A stretch of 64,000 nt of DNA from Ylistrum balloti (taxonomy: Eukaryota), in the NCBI RefSeq assembly GCF_031769215.1, contig NW_026782200.1, forward strand, positions 124,001 to 188,000, given 5' to 3'. Position numbers and translations under genes: made by a program. A model generated the notes under the pieces. The model made no database searches. It was not told the DNA's origin and saw only the letters and a list, made by a program, of their open reading frames with translations. How positions within the stretch are numbered: position 1 is the stretch's first letter; each line of letters begins with the position of its first letter. Positions 12,682 to 24,600 of this stretch are shown here, piece after piece.

Positions 12682-15600
12682 GTGAGTATTGATTTAGGTT
12701 GATAAGTAATGATGATTATTTGATTAAGTATTTTTGCGTCATAACTTAGTATAGTATTATGGGTAAATTATATATATACATATATATAGCCTGATACGGT
12801 GTATTTTGATTAACTTCCTAGTTTTATATGTATGGTGTGTTTCTTTTCATAGTATAGTGTCATATTCAGGAACTGTTTACATATGATCTAATAAAATTCG
12901 ATGTGACTTAATTTCAATATGTCAAGTTCTTGGAATGACATATTAAAATTTAAAAAAAATGCAGATATTTCATGAATTGTAGACTAAGTAGTTTTTTAAT
13001 CATACGTAGCCATGGTATCCCATAAAGTATGAAGTATAATCCTGTTAATTACTTGAACTTGTTCTTGTCACAATTCAATGACTTTCTGTTTTTAACACAT
13101 CCATTTATATATATATCCTACAATGGTGATACGGTTTAGACAGTTAAGATTTAGATGCTTTGAAACTAAGCTCATTGAAGATTCTCAATAAATCAAGTAA
13201 GTAAAAGGTACCCAGGGTTACATTGGTCAGTGTAAGTGATAATGTGTTATTGTATGTAGTTAACTTGTATTGCTGGATGCAGTCTGTGGATCACTGCTGT
13301 CTGTATGATATTGTCCGATACTGTATAACATTTCTGTTATTTTTTCTCAGCTTGCCTGCTGCTGTGGAAGTGCTGCTTGCAGTCTGTGCTGTGCTGCCTG
13401 TCCATCATGCAAGAATTCAACTGCTACCCGGATTGGTTACTCTCTTGTTCTAATTGTTGGAAGCATTATCGCCTGTATTTTCTTGGCTCCAGGTCTTCGA
13501 GGAGCACTAGATAAGGTCAGTATATAACAAAGTCATCTTCATTTTTAAGTGCCAGATATATATATGTGTGTGTCCTTTATAATTTTTGGGATTCGGATAT
13601 CAGAGGCCTAGACCCATGATCATGTAGGACTCATCCAAATTTTGACAACCCACTATATCTCTTCAGTAAATAATGGATTCTAATGGACAAACTTCCAAAA
13701 TGGCCACCATCTTGAAAAACATATTTTAAACTTCTCATGTTCCACTGGTGCTAAAAATTGGTGGAAATGTTAAGGGAAGGTATCCAACAAAGTGTTGTTA
13801 TTTTTCAACATTGTTCAAACTTCAATACAGCAGTCAGAGAGGCCATTTTGTAACATGATTGCACAGTCATGGTTTTCCTATGCAGCACCTATTTCAAACT
13901 TCTTCACAAGTATTAATAGTTGGATTAATCTCCAACTTAATTGTCAAAAAATAGGTAACACTTGTTACAGTTACCTAATCCTCACCAAACTACCATCTGC
14001 ATTTAACCTTCTAAGTAAGATTTTGTTCAAAGTAGAAAAATTAACCCTTCTCCATGTTCAAGTTTTTGTAGTCAGATGACTGTTATGATCTGTGGCTCTC
14101 TTGTTTCAATTGAGTATAGAAGACCATTTCCAAATGTTTGATGAGACCCAATACTAAGTGATATGTTTGTAACAGAGGTCATTTTTCATCTCAATGCCTC
14201 CGCTAGGAATCGAACCCGGGACCCCTGGCTTACTAGTCTGACGCTCAACCAATCGAGCTAAAGAGAAGTTCTCTCTAGCCGAGTGGTATATTGCGGCTAG
14301 TATTTTACCAGGGTTACATACTCCCCCTCCAGGAAATAACTCGTCCTCGAGTTTCCAGGGGTTACAGCGATGCCGATGGGGCATGGCTAAGTACTAATCC
14401 CGGGTCCCTACATGGGCGCCAATGTAACAGAGGTAATTTTTCATCTCAATGCCTCCGCTAGGAATCGAACCTGGGACCCCTGGCTTACTAGTCTGACGCT
14501 CAACCAATCGAGCTAAAGAGAAGTTCTCTCTAGCCGAGTGGTATATTGCGGCTAGTATTTTACCAGGGTTACATGTTGGTTTCTCAAAATTTCTGTGAGT
14601 CCCACAGGAAAAGCATAAGTCCAGGACTCAAATATTTGAAAACCAAAAGTTACTGATAGAGTATTTTGGATTTGCTTGTATTTCAGGCAAACACATTACA
14701 CCTTATCCATATACCAAAGATTTCTTTCGTAAAATGAAATAAAAAATTACTTGGATTTCTTCTTTTGCCCGGAGATCCTTTGGAAGATGTAATAACATTC
14801 ACAATTGTGTTATTTGTAAAGGTAACTTTCACTATATTGAGATGTGTTTTCATGTTAGATAATATAATAACGTTATGACATACCAACACATTATCATTTT
14901 CTGTATGTTTCTGGTTCATTGTGATCGCCTTTGGTTTGACTACATTTACCTCCATTTCTAGAAGTACAGATTGGTGGTATATTAGTTTGTACTATATATA
15001 GATTATCTATTCTATTTATAGGAAAGTTTGAGAGGATTGGATGCATTCCTTGGCCTGTCTTACGTATACATCTAGTTTCTTTTCCTATTATAGATACCTG
15101 GGCTATGTAAGGACTATTTCACTTATGACATTTTCGCGGCGGATCACGCCGACGACAAGGCGTCCATGTGCGATGATATCGTTGGCTACCTGTCTGTATA
15201 CAGAATCTGCTTTGCTATGGCTGCATTCTTCTTACTCTTTGCCATCATCATGATCAATGTGAAATCCTCCAAGGATCCAAGGGCTGGTATACAGAATGGG
15301 TGAGTAGCTGATGATGAAGATGATCAAAGACCTTAACCACTAGGCTGTCATATGTCTAATGATGGCAATTTGTCAACATTTGATCTGTTTTTTTCGTCGG
15401 AAGTGTGTGTGTGCCAGTCTGACTTATTGGATAACAATATGTTAGAATTTTGTTGGGGAAAAAGAAGGTTAACAGATCTGAGTTTTTTATTTTGTTTTTT
15501 CTCATTTTTTTTTGCGGTGAGGTAATCTTAAGAAAATTATGATCAACAATCAACTTCTGTAGGAAATTGCTGCATTTATCTTGTTTTCAGTGCTGTTATT

Positions 15601-18600
15601 AGTAACAGTGAATTACAGATCAGGATATATATATATATATATTAGCAAAGGAATCAATGATCATATAAATCATGTGACTATAATTTTTTTAGCCATTTCT
15701 GGAGATCTCCAGCGTAAAAGTCTTGTACCTAAAGGATATTATCACTGTTATGTAATGTTGATCCAATTCCTTCATTGTTTATGATTAAACACAACCTCAT
15801 GCATGGTACGGTACATGCTCGATACTCCAGGGGTAGCAGTTACTATCGCTCTCTACAACCCTGGAACCATTCTTGATACCTGAAGGGTTACAATCGCTAC
15901 TTCCTCGATACTTGAGGGGTAACAATCTATTCATCCTTGATACTCAAGGGATTACAATTACCACATTCTCGTTATTTCAGGAGTTACGATCACTACATCC
16001 TCGATACTCCAAGGGTAACAATCACTATTGCTCTCTGTACCCCTGGAACAGGTCATGGCAAAATTAAAGTTACAAGTGAAGTAATTTGATTGGTTCCAGG
16101 AGGAAAAAACTGACCAATCACTGGCTGATATACTCCTTTTGAAGATTACAAACAAACAACACTCAATTTCAAACCCATGACAAGCATACTGTTATGTGAC
16201 TTCAAGATTTGTTTGATGTACATCAAAGGATCAAACTAGTATTTCCATCTTGTCCACAACGTGTCACACATAGAACTTCTATTTTTACCATGACATATTC
16301 CAGGGGTGCAAAGAGCAAAAGTGGTTTTAACCGCTGGAGTATCGAGGATGGGTACAGTATTTATCAACACATTGTATAAAGTAGGGAGAAAAACCCAGCA
16401 ATTTTCATATTTTCAAAAATCACTAGTTTGGGACAATAATATTTATGGAAATAAACTTTCAAAAACTTGCGACTTGACAGGTGTTGTATCGTATGTAGAT
16501 TTAAGGGTCTATTTACATAATTCCATATCTTAGGAAAATTCTTCATTTTACAATGCTTAGCAATAAAGAAAATGTAATATACTTGATGATCTGTAAAAAA
16601 TCTGCACTTAAGTATCATATGATGTATTGAAACAAGGTAGAGTATACTTACTTCCATTCCAGTTTCTGGGCCATAAAGATTCTTGTTCTTGTTGCTATTT
16701 GTGTTGGAGCATTCTTCATCCCAAGAGGAGAGTTTGGACAAGGTAAGGTTGAAAAATAAAATTTAGTGAGGAAAAATCTTGTAAAGGTAGAATAAGGCCA
16801 TTTAAAACAAATGTTTAAACAGGGTATGGTCAGATGAAAAAAATAAATGCTGTTTTAGTTACATGATGATGTATATTAATGGTTCACCTATTCAGTGATC
16901 ATATCAGCAGTGTTGTTCATCTCAAAATTGCTTTTTATCCTAAGAGCATTTCAATGCTCTTCAGCATGTTGCTGTCGCCCCTGGCCCCGAGTATCAGTAC
17001 ATCGTTTTCATTGGTTCATAAATCGAAAGTTTACTCCTACTCCATCTGCCGGACATTACCGTAATCATTGGATTATCGCCCCTACAAGTTGCTGATGCTA
17101 GTCATTAAATGAAACAACCTTATCGACATTTTCTTCATTACTTGTACATCAAGAAAACGTTTTGTGTTGTGTATTAATGATAATAAGACACCGAAATTTG
17201 TAAATACAATGACAAAGACTCACGTTTTATGGTGGTAAATTTTGCGAGGCGATGCCAATATTGCGGCTTAACTTTCTCTTCCGCGCGATGCATTGTGGGT
17301 GTCATATATCCTTCTTTTTTTTCTTGTTCGAAAATTTTCATCCCGTTTAATACTGTTGAAAACTTTTGAAAATACTGAAATATGTAGTTGAAAATAAGAA
17401 TGAAACTAAAATAAGAATGATTTAGAGTAGCATAAAATTTTGACGGAAACAGCCGGGGTGCTCTTTGCTGCTGGACCCTGAAAGAAGACGGCGGCAGAAA
17501 GAAGATGGCGGGTATTTTATGTAGGTAAGTATCACTATATATATAAGCTGAATCTAAAGTCAATACTTATACTGAACTAGCAATTGCATTTTTTGCAAAA
17601 ATTCATTTGAAATGAGCTATCGCATGTATTGAATTTAGGCTCGACGGCGAAGCGCAAGCTGGGCACTGCCGCCATGGCACTTTTTTCAAAATATTTTCAA
17701 GACTTTTCCTTTGAAGCAGTATGCATTTGAAAAATGCTATGTAAGCATCTAACACATTTTTGTTGCTTCCGTAAAGTATTTCAGTGTTTTGAAATGAATT
17801 GTCCGTGCTAGCTCTTTCAAATTTCTGATCGGAGATAATTTAGAAGTACCTCAAGGCCAGGGTATGAAATCTTACGGGAACTCTACAGCTATGCTAATTG
17901 TAAGGTTTACAAGTGAAGTTATAGTTTTAGTTTAAATTTAGTTTTTGTCTTTCTGACATGATGTCTCGTTGATTCTGTTGAAGAGTGATGCATGTGAACG
18001 ATTGCAATATAAAGATTGGGAATAATGAAGATGTCAATTGACATCTGAATCCCGGAAAGTGTTTTAATAAAGATTAGGATAAACCTAGCAAAGTGTTAGG
18101 TCCCAGTGTGAATACGTAAAGTGTTAGGTCCCAGTGTGAATGTGTAAAGTGTAATTGGTACAATTCTTATTATGCCTGAACTTTTGATATATGTACTGTA
18201 TTTGTTCATCTCAGAAATTTCAGTATTATGTCAACTGCTTCCACTTTCAGTTCAACACTTGATTCATCAATTCTATACAGCCCTAGACTCAATATTTGTC
18301 ATAAATTGTCGACTGTTTTTAAGCGTTTTAGAGTTTTGTTTCCATGGTGAATGGAATGAAATGGGATAAATAGTCTAACCAATACCCCTCGAGAGCTTAT
18401 TAAGACATTGCAGTATTATCACTTTGGGCCTTATTAAAAGTCAAATTGAAACTTTAAGAAACTCAAGTGACTGTAAGTACAACAATAAGATGTCAATAAT
18501 CAATGAAATTGATTAATTGAGAAGACATTTTCTTAGTACAGTTAACCAGGCTTTGTAGTGGTTTGTTCAGAACTGTAGTTCTGGTTAAGTAACCATTAAT

Positions 18601-21600
18601 TATGTCCTTTCAGCTACAATGACGTACATTTTTGAAATACCTCTACTGTAGCTAAATGTGGCATTTGTAATGGACATAGCCAAAGTTAATTTTGTGATAG
18701 ATGTAGCCAAAGTTAATTTTAGGATCAGTTAGGACAGCTACTGTTTGTAACAGGTATGGGTTCAATTACATGATGATGTAATTAATTAAATTACAATTAC
18801 ATTATGAAAATGGCATTGCCATTACAGGTATTTTCAAAGTAATTAAATAACCATTACATGACGGTCCAATGTAATTAATTAAATTACACATTACTTTTCA
18901 AGTCAAAATGATTTTTGAAATACAAACGTCAAAATAAATTATCATACTGCACAGATTTATCACACAAATTTAATTTTATGATTCAATCTCTGTATGACCA
19001 TGGTCAAGATATTATCATTTTGCTAGCTGTCCATCGCTTAATAATTTGACAGTATATTTAATATAGACTCCTATTGGGAAGACTATAAGCTTATACAGAA
19101 GTGTATATTTCTTGCACATAATCATAGCAATAATGAAATATAGTTATTTATTTCCCTTACTCTCTTTCAGCAAGTGGATGTCCCTGAAGAAATGAAATCT
19201 GGAATGGTAGAAGGTATCTCTATTGATTCTTCTAAGTTGGAATTGGCTATGGTGACCAACAATGGATTTGAGGACCTTATGGTGGAGAAAAACGTCCTTC
19301 TTTCCGGCCTCCAATTAGATGTTGAGGATGATTAATCACTTGAGGAGATGCTAACAACCATGTTGCCTTTTAATGTCACAGTACTTTCTAAAGGCGGCAA
19401 TATATTTACCATCACAAAAGAAGAAACAACAAATCGTGGAAACTAAAAAAATGTGGAAAAGATCATTGTATACTGCATTTGTAGTAAATTTGTATACAAT
19501 CTTCAATTTACTTGAGTAGAAAGATTCACTAGTTACACCAAGTTTGTGTAGAAAGGATCACTGTATACTGAGTTCGTAGTGTACATAGAAAGGTTTACTT
19601 ATTTATTTTTAGTTTAGTGTATACAATATATAAAAAAAAACTTTTTGTAGAAAAGATCACCGCATACTGAGTTTGTTGTTTACAAATGTGTAGAAAAGAT
19701 CGCTGTATACTGAAATAATATGACTTCTGTTTAAAACCTTCATTTAAACTTAGGCATGTATTTTTTTTATGTATCTTAATAGTGTACCTACAACAATTTT
19801 GTGTATGAAATCTTGTACTAGGATATTGACATGACAAGATTTACATTGCTGATCAAAGCATGGAAAGAATACTGTATCTAAAAACTGAATAAAACAAGAT
19901 ATAAGCATCTGTATCATGTTTTTTTTTAAAATTATTATTATTATTTTTCCATAATGTCTGTCCACATGGAATTTGTAAGCACTCTTGTGCATTCTTATAC
20001 CACCAAAAGGGTGGGTAAACTGGAATCAGGTTGTCTATCAGTCCATCCATCTGTTTGTCTGTCTGTAGACACATCTTGTCTGGACAACTCCAATGAAACA
20101 TTTCAGTAATATTCAGGACAATGTGTAGATGTGCATGCACCATTTTCCCTCGAAATATTGATTGCCATGGCAACTGGTCAATATAGACGGGTTTTGCTTG
20201 TCAGTCAACTTCTAAACCTGTGGACCAATTTCAACAAAACTTTGCAGGAATGTTAGGGAACGTGCACATGCCGCTGTGTTTCAGAGGATGTTTCTGTGCA
20301 AAAGGTCACCATGGAGAGATAACTAAGGCTGTGGGTGTTGGGGGGTATTAGTTATCATTTGGATTACAGTTTCAGTTATCCCTGGGCAATGTGGAGAGGA
20401 TATAGTAATGATTTTGAGGATTGAATGTAGAGGTCACAGTACTTGCATAAGTACTATATGATTACCTTGTAAATGCATTGAGACTAAGACAGTATACCTT
20501 AATCAAATTTGGAACATGTATCCCTTATGAGGAGAAGTCAGTTTCTTTAGAAATTCAGGGTCAGATGTCAAAGATCAAGGTCACAGTCAAAAAACGGATA
20601 GATGCATGGGGATGTTCTTTGCATTACCCTCATTTTTCTATCAAATTTCACAACCTAAAAGATATTCACATCTTGCAAATTTCAAGATCACTGTAAGGAT
20701 GTTAAAAAATGATAATACAAGAGGAATAAAATATCTTGCGACAAGTTTTAGAGAACAAAGAATATATAAACATGTCAACAGAATTGTAGAACCAGCAAAA
20801 CAAGTGTAAAATTGAAACAAAGACAATATCTACTCAAGATTCCCTGAAAAAGTACAAGGAGAATAAGACCAGGTGTTCCGGAAGAATAGGCATCTTCTAT
20901 TTTAAGTTATGGTGACATATATTTGTTTTAGAAAATTGGCACTCTTATGCAGTCGTTTACAAACAATCTGGAAAATGAAGCTGCCCAATATTTGTATGTA
21001 GCATGTTACTTGCATGATGGTCTAACTAATGGTCTTAAACCAACAAGATACACAGTCTTTAAAGTGATAATATGGTGTCCAAGATCAACATTTCCTACAG
21101 TGTATCCAAAGAAATGGACAACTTCCCTATCATTGCATCTTTGAGCCTACTTGGGACATGTATTGCATAAGTAATACTACTATGCTTGTTATTTCTGATA
21201 TCTGCTGGTCATTTTTTATGGGCTGCAATGATTTACTGCTTGCATATAGTTGGTTTCAGTATATAGCAAGCTAATAACAAAGAACTTATTTTTTCAATGG
21301 TCTTAGCATACCAGTACTTTCAGTACTTTGATTCAGTTTATTATGGTGTCTGCGATGTTATAATTTATGAAAAACTGAGGATGATAAGCAGGTTCCACTG
21401 TATTTACACCTTAAAAGATACTGTGTGCGTTTATCAATATTTAAGTTCAGTGATTAGGTATACTGTCTTGTTTTAACTTATACTGGTTGTAAATACAGTG
21501 TCTGCTGACATTTCTAGATTTTATGTAAATGTGTTTAAAATATTAAGAGACATCTAGATGTAATGTTACATGATATATTTATGTATTTGTAATTAATACT

Positions 21601-24600
21601 TGAAAACTTTGGGAATTGTTTTGTTGTCGTGATATTGTCAATGACGCCTGAGGGATTCCACCTACTGCTTCTAGTACCTGTGCAATTTATCATTGTTCTA
21701 AAGATCTGTTAAAGTAATTTGTTTTTTTTTTTTTAAATTTTTAAAAAAATATCTGTGGATGTCCAAGTAAATAAATAAAGTAAATAGAAAGATTATTCAT
21801 TTTCTGTGATAAAAGAAAATCCTGGAACCTTTTTTTTAGTGTGGATGGTCATCGGTATGATTGGAGCTTTCCTGTTTATACTCATCCAACTGATTCTCAT
21901 CATTGACTTTGCGCATGGATGGGCGGAGAGCTGGGTGGAAAAATATGAGGAAACTGAATCCAAATGCTATTACTTCGGTATGAGAAAATGGTTCACACAG
22001 ATCTTATCAAAGTTACTGAAGCTGTTTATCACAATTGATCATCATCATTAAAAACAAGTCTACTGAACTTGAATAAATCAGAAGTGTGTTTTCCAGTAAA
22101 ATGTTTACTACAGTTTGAAGGTATATGAAAATCTGAAATGAGTATGTTTGTAAATATATGTGTACATTTCTTTTTTGATATACAGAAATAAATTAACAAG
22201 TGTTTAAATTTTTTTCAGGACTGCTGTTTTTTACCATCATCTTCTACATTCTCGCTCTTGTGGCCATCATACTGTTCTATGTGTATTATGCCAAGGTAAA
22301 TTCCTTATATTTAAGTTACCGTAATTTCTCTAGTAGAGTTTTTTTGTAACACCGGTGTACCATAATGTCTCTAGTAGAGTTTTTTTGTAACACCGGTTTA
22401 CCATAATGTCTCTAGTATAGGTTTTTCTATTACGCCGGTGTGCCATAATGTCTCTAGTAGAGGTTTTTTGTAACACCGGTGTACCATAATGTCTCTAGTA
22501 GAGGTTTTTCTGTTACACCTGTGTACCATAATGTCTCTAGTAGAGGCTATTCTGTTACTCCAGTGTGCCATAATGTCTCTAGTAGAGGTTTTTCTATTAC
22601 ACCGGTGTGCCATAATGTCTCTTGTAGAGGTTATTCTGTTACACCAGTGTACCATAACGTCTCTAGTAGAGGTTATTCTGTTACACTGGTGTACCATAAT
22701 GTCTCTTGTAGAGGCTATTCAGTTACACCAGTGTACCATAATGTCTCTAGTAGAGGTTTTTCTGTTACACAGGTGTACCATAATGTCTCTAGTAGAGTTT
22801 TTTTTGTTAACCGGTGTACCATAACATCTCTAGTAGAGGTTATTCTGTTACACTGGTGTACCATAATGTCTCTTGTAGAGGTTTTTCTGTTACACTGGTG
22901 TACCATAATGTCTCTAGTAGAGGCTATTCTGTTACTCTGGTGTACCATAATGTCTCTAGTAGAGGTTTTTCTGTTATACAGGTGTACCATAATGTCTCTA
23001 GTAGAGGTTTTTCTGTTACACTGGTGTACCATAATGTCTCTAGTAGAGGTTTTTCTGTTATACAGGTGTACCATAATGTCTCTAGTAGAGGTTTTTCTGT
23101 TACTCTGGTGTACCATAATGTCTCTAGTAGAGGTTTTTCTGTTACATCGGTGTACCATAATGTCTCTAGTAGAGGTTATTCTGTTACACCAGTGTACCAT
23201 AACATCTCTAGTAGAGGTTATTCTGTTACACTGGTGTACCATAATGTTTCTTGTAGAGGCTATTCAGTTACACCAGTGTACCATAATGTCTCTAGTAGAG
23301 GTTTTTTGTAACACCAGTGTACCATAATGTCTCTAGTAGAGGTTTTTCTGTTACACAGGTGTATCATAATGTCTCTAGTAGAGGTTTTTCTGTTAACCGG
23401 TGTACCATAATGTCTCTAGTAGAGGCTATTCTGTTACTCTGGTGTACCATAATGTCTCTAGTAGAGGTTTTTCTGTTACACCGGTGTACCATAATGTCTC
23501 TAGTAGAGGTTTTTCTGTTACATCGGTGTACCATAATGTCTCTAGTAGAGGCTATTCTGTTACTCTGGTGTACCATAATGTCTCTAGTAGAGGTTTTTCT
23601 ATTACACCGGTGTGCCATAATGTCTCTAGTAGAGGTTTTTCTATTACACCGGTGTGCCATAATGTCTCTAGTAGAGGTTTTTCTATTACACCGGTGTGCC
23701 ATAATGTCTCTAGTAGAGGTTTTTCTGTTACACTGGTGTACCATAATGTCTCTAGTAGAGGCTATTCTGTTACACTGGTGTACCATAATGTCTCTAGTAG
23801 AGGCTATTCTGTTACATCGGTGTACCATAATGTCTCTAGTAGAGGCTATTCTGTTACTCTGGTATACCATAATGTCTCTAGTAGAGATTTTTCTGTTACA
23901 CAGGTGCAGAGCTCCAAATTGGGACCAAAATGGTCGCATTTGCGCCTAAAATTTAGAAATGGCGACTAAAACTCATTTGCTGTCGCCATTTGGCGACCTA
24001 TTTTCAAAATCCAGACAATTCCATTTCTTCTTTTACAATCGCCGCATCTTGGTCTTCTCGGCGCTTAACACTTTGAATCAGATACTATAAAGCGTTTAAG
24101 TAAACTGACTACGATATTGTGTGCTATCCAAAATGGCGTCCAAACGCACGTTGGATCACTTCTGTGGACAAGTTCAGTGCCAAGCCATGCATAGATTTGT
24201 GGTTTGCTACAGCAAGAAAAGCAAAGAAACCTTGTCAATATACTGGTTGGCCAGTTGAGACACATGACACTGCATAAACTTCAGGAAAATAAAAATAGCA
24301 AACACTGACTGAATTTCTTCTTTATCTCGCAATATGAAAGAAATAATGATGTTTTAAACACAACACCAATGAAACTAAATGTAAAAAACAACAAATATTT
24401 TCTGCTTAACATTAAGGCGACTAAAATTTTTAGAATGGCGACTAAAATTTGAACATGGTCACCAAATGGTGACCAAATCTGATGTGCCACTTGGAGCCCT
24501 GCGGTGTACCATAATGTCTCTAGTAGAGGTTTTTCTGTTACACCGGTGTACCATAATGTCTCTAGTAGAAGCTATTCTGTTACACCGGTGTACCATAATG

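Larger units (their letters stand above)
14168..14573 (-). mobile_element. TRIM (miniature non-autonomous LTR retrotransposon) with tRNA-derived LTRs (Helenus-like), in SERINC intron 2
   Basis: Two 151-bp LTRs (14168-14318, 14423-14573; TGTAAC...GTTACA; 2 differences) and a 104-bp internal region. Minus-strand PBS TGGCGCCCATGTAGGGAC (14404-14421, tRNA-Lys-like); PPT GGAGGGGGAGTA (14319-14330); 4-bp TSD TGTT (14164-14167 and 14574-14577). Confidence 0.93.

Noticed and set aside
14195-14522. Two functional tRNA-Thr(AGT) genes
   Set aside because: The anticodon stem does not pair (TCAGA/GCCAG), the acceptor stem is mismatched, and both lie inside LTRs bounded by a TSD.
14687-15060. Alternative SERINC exons after good-looking acceptors at 14686 and ~15021
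   Set aside because: The first hits a stop after 16 codons in the required phase; the second lacks a convincing donor and family similarity. Exon 3 at 15094 already completes the protein.
18755-19440. AATTAC-rich subterminal-like repeats and a short frame ([15 protein letters not shown]...) as a DNA transposon remnant
   Set aside because: No paired TIR, TSD or diagnostic transposase motif could be established.
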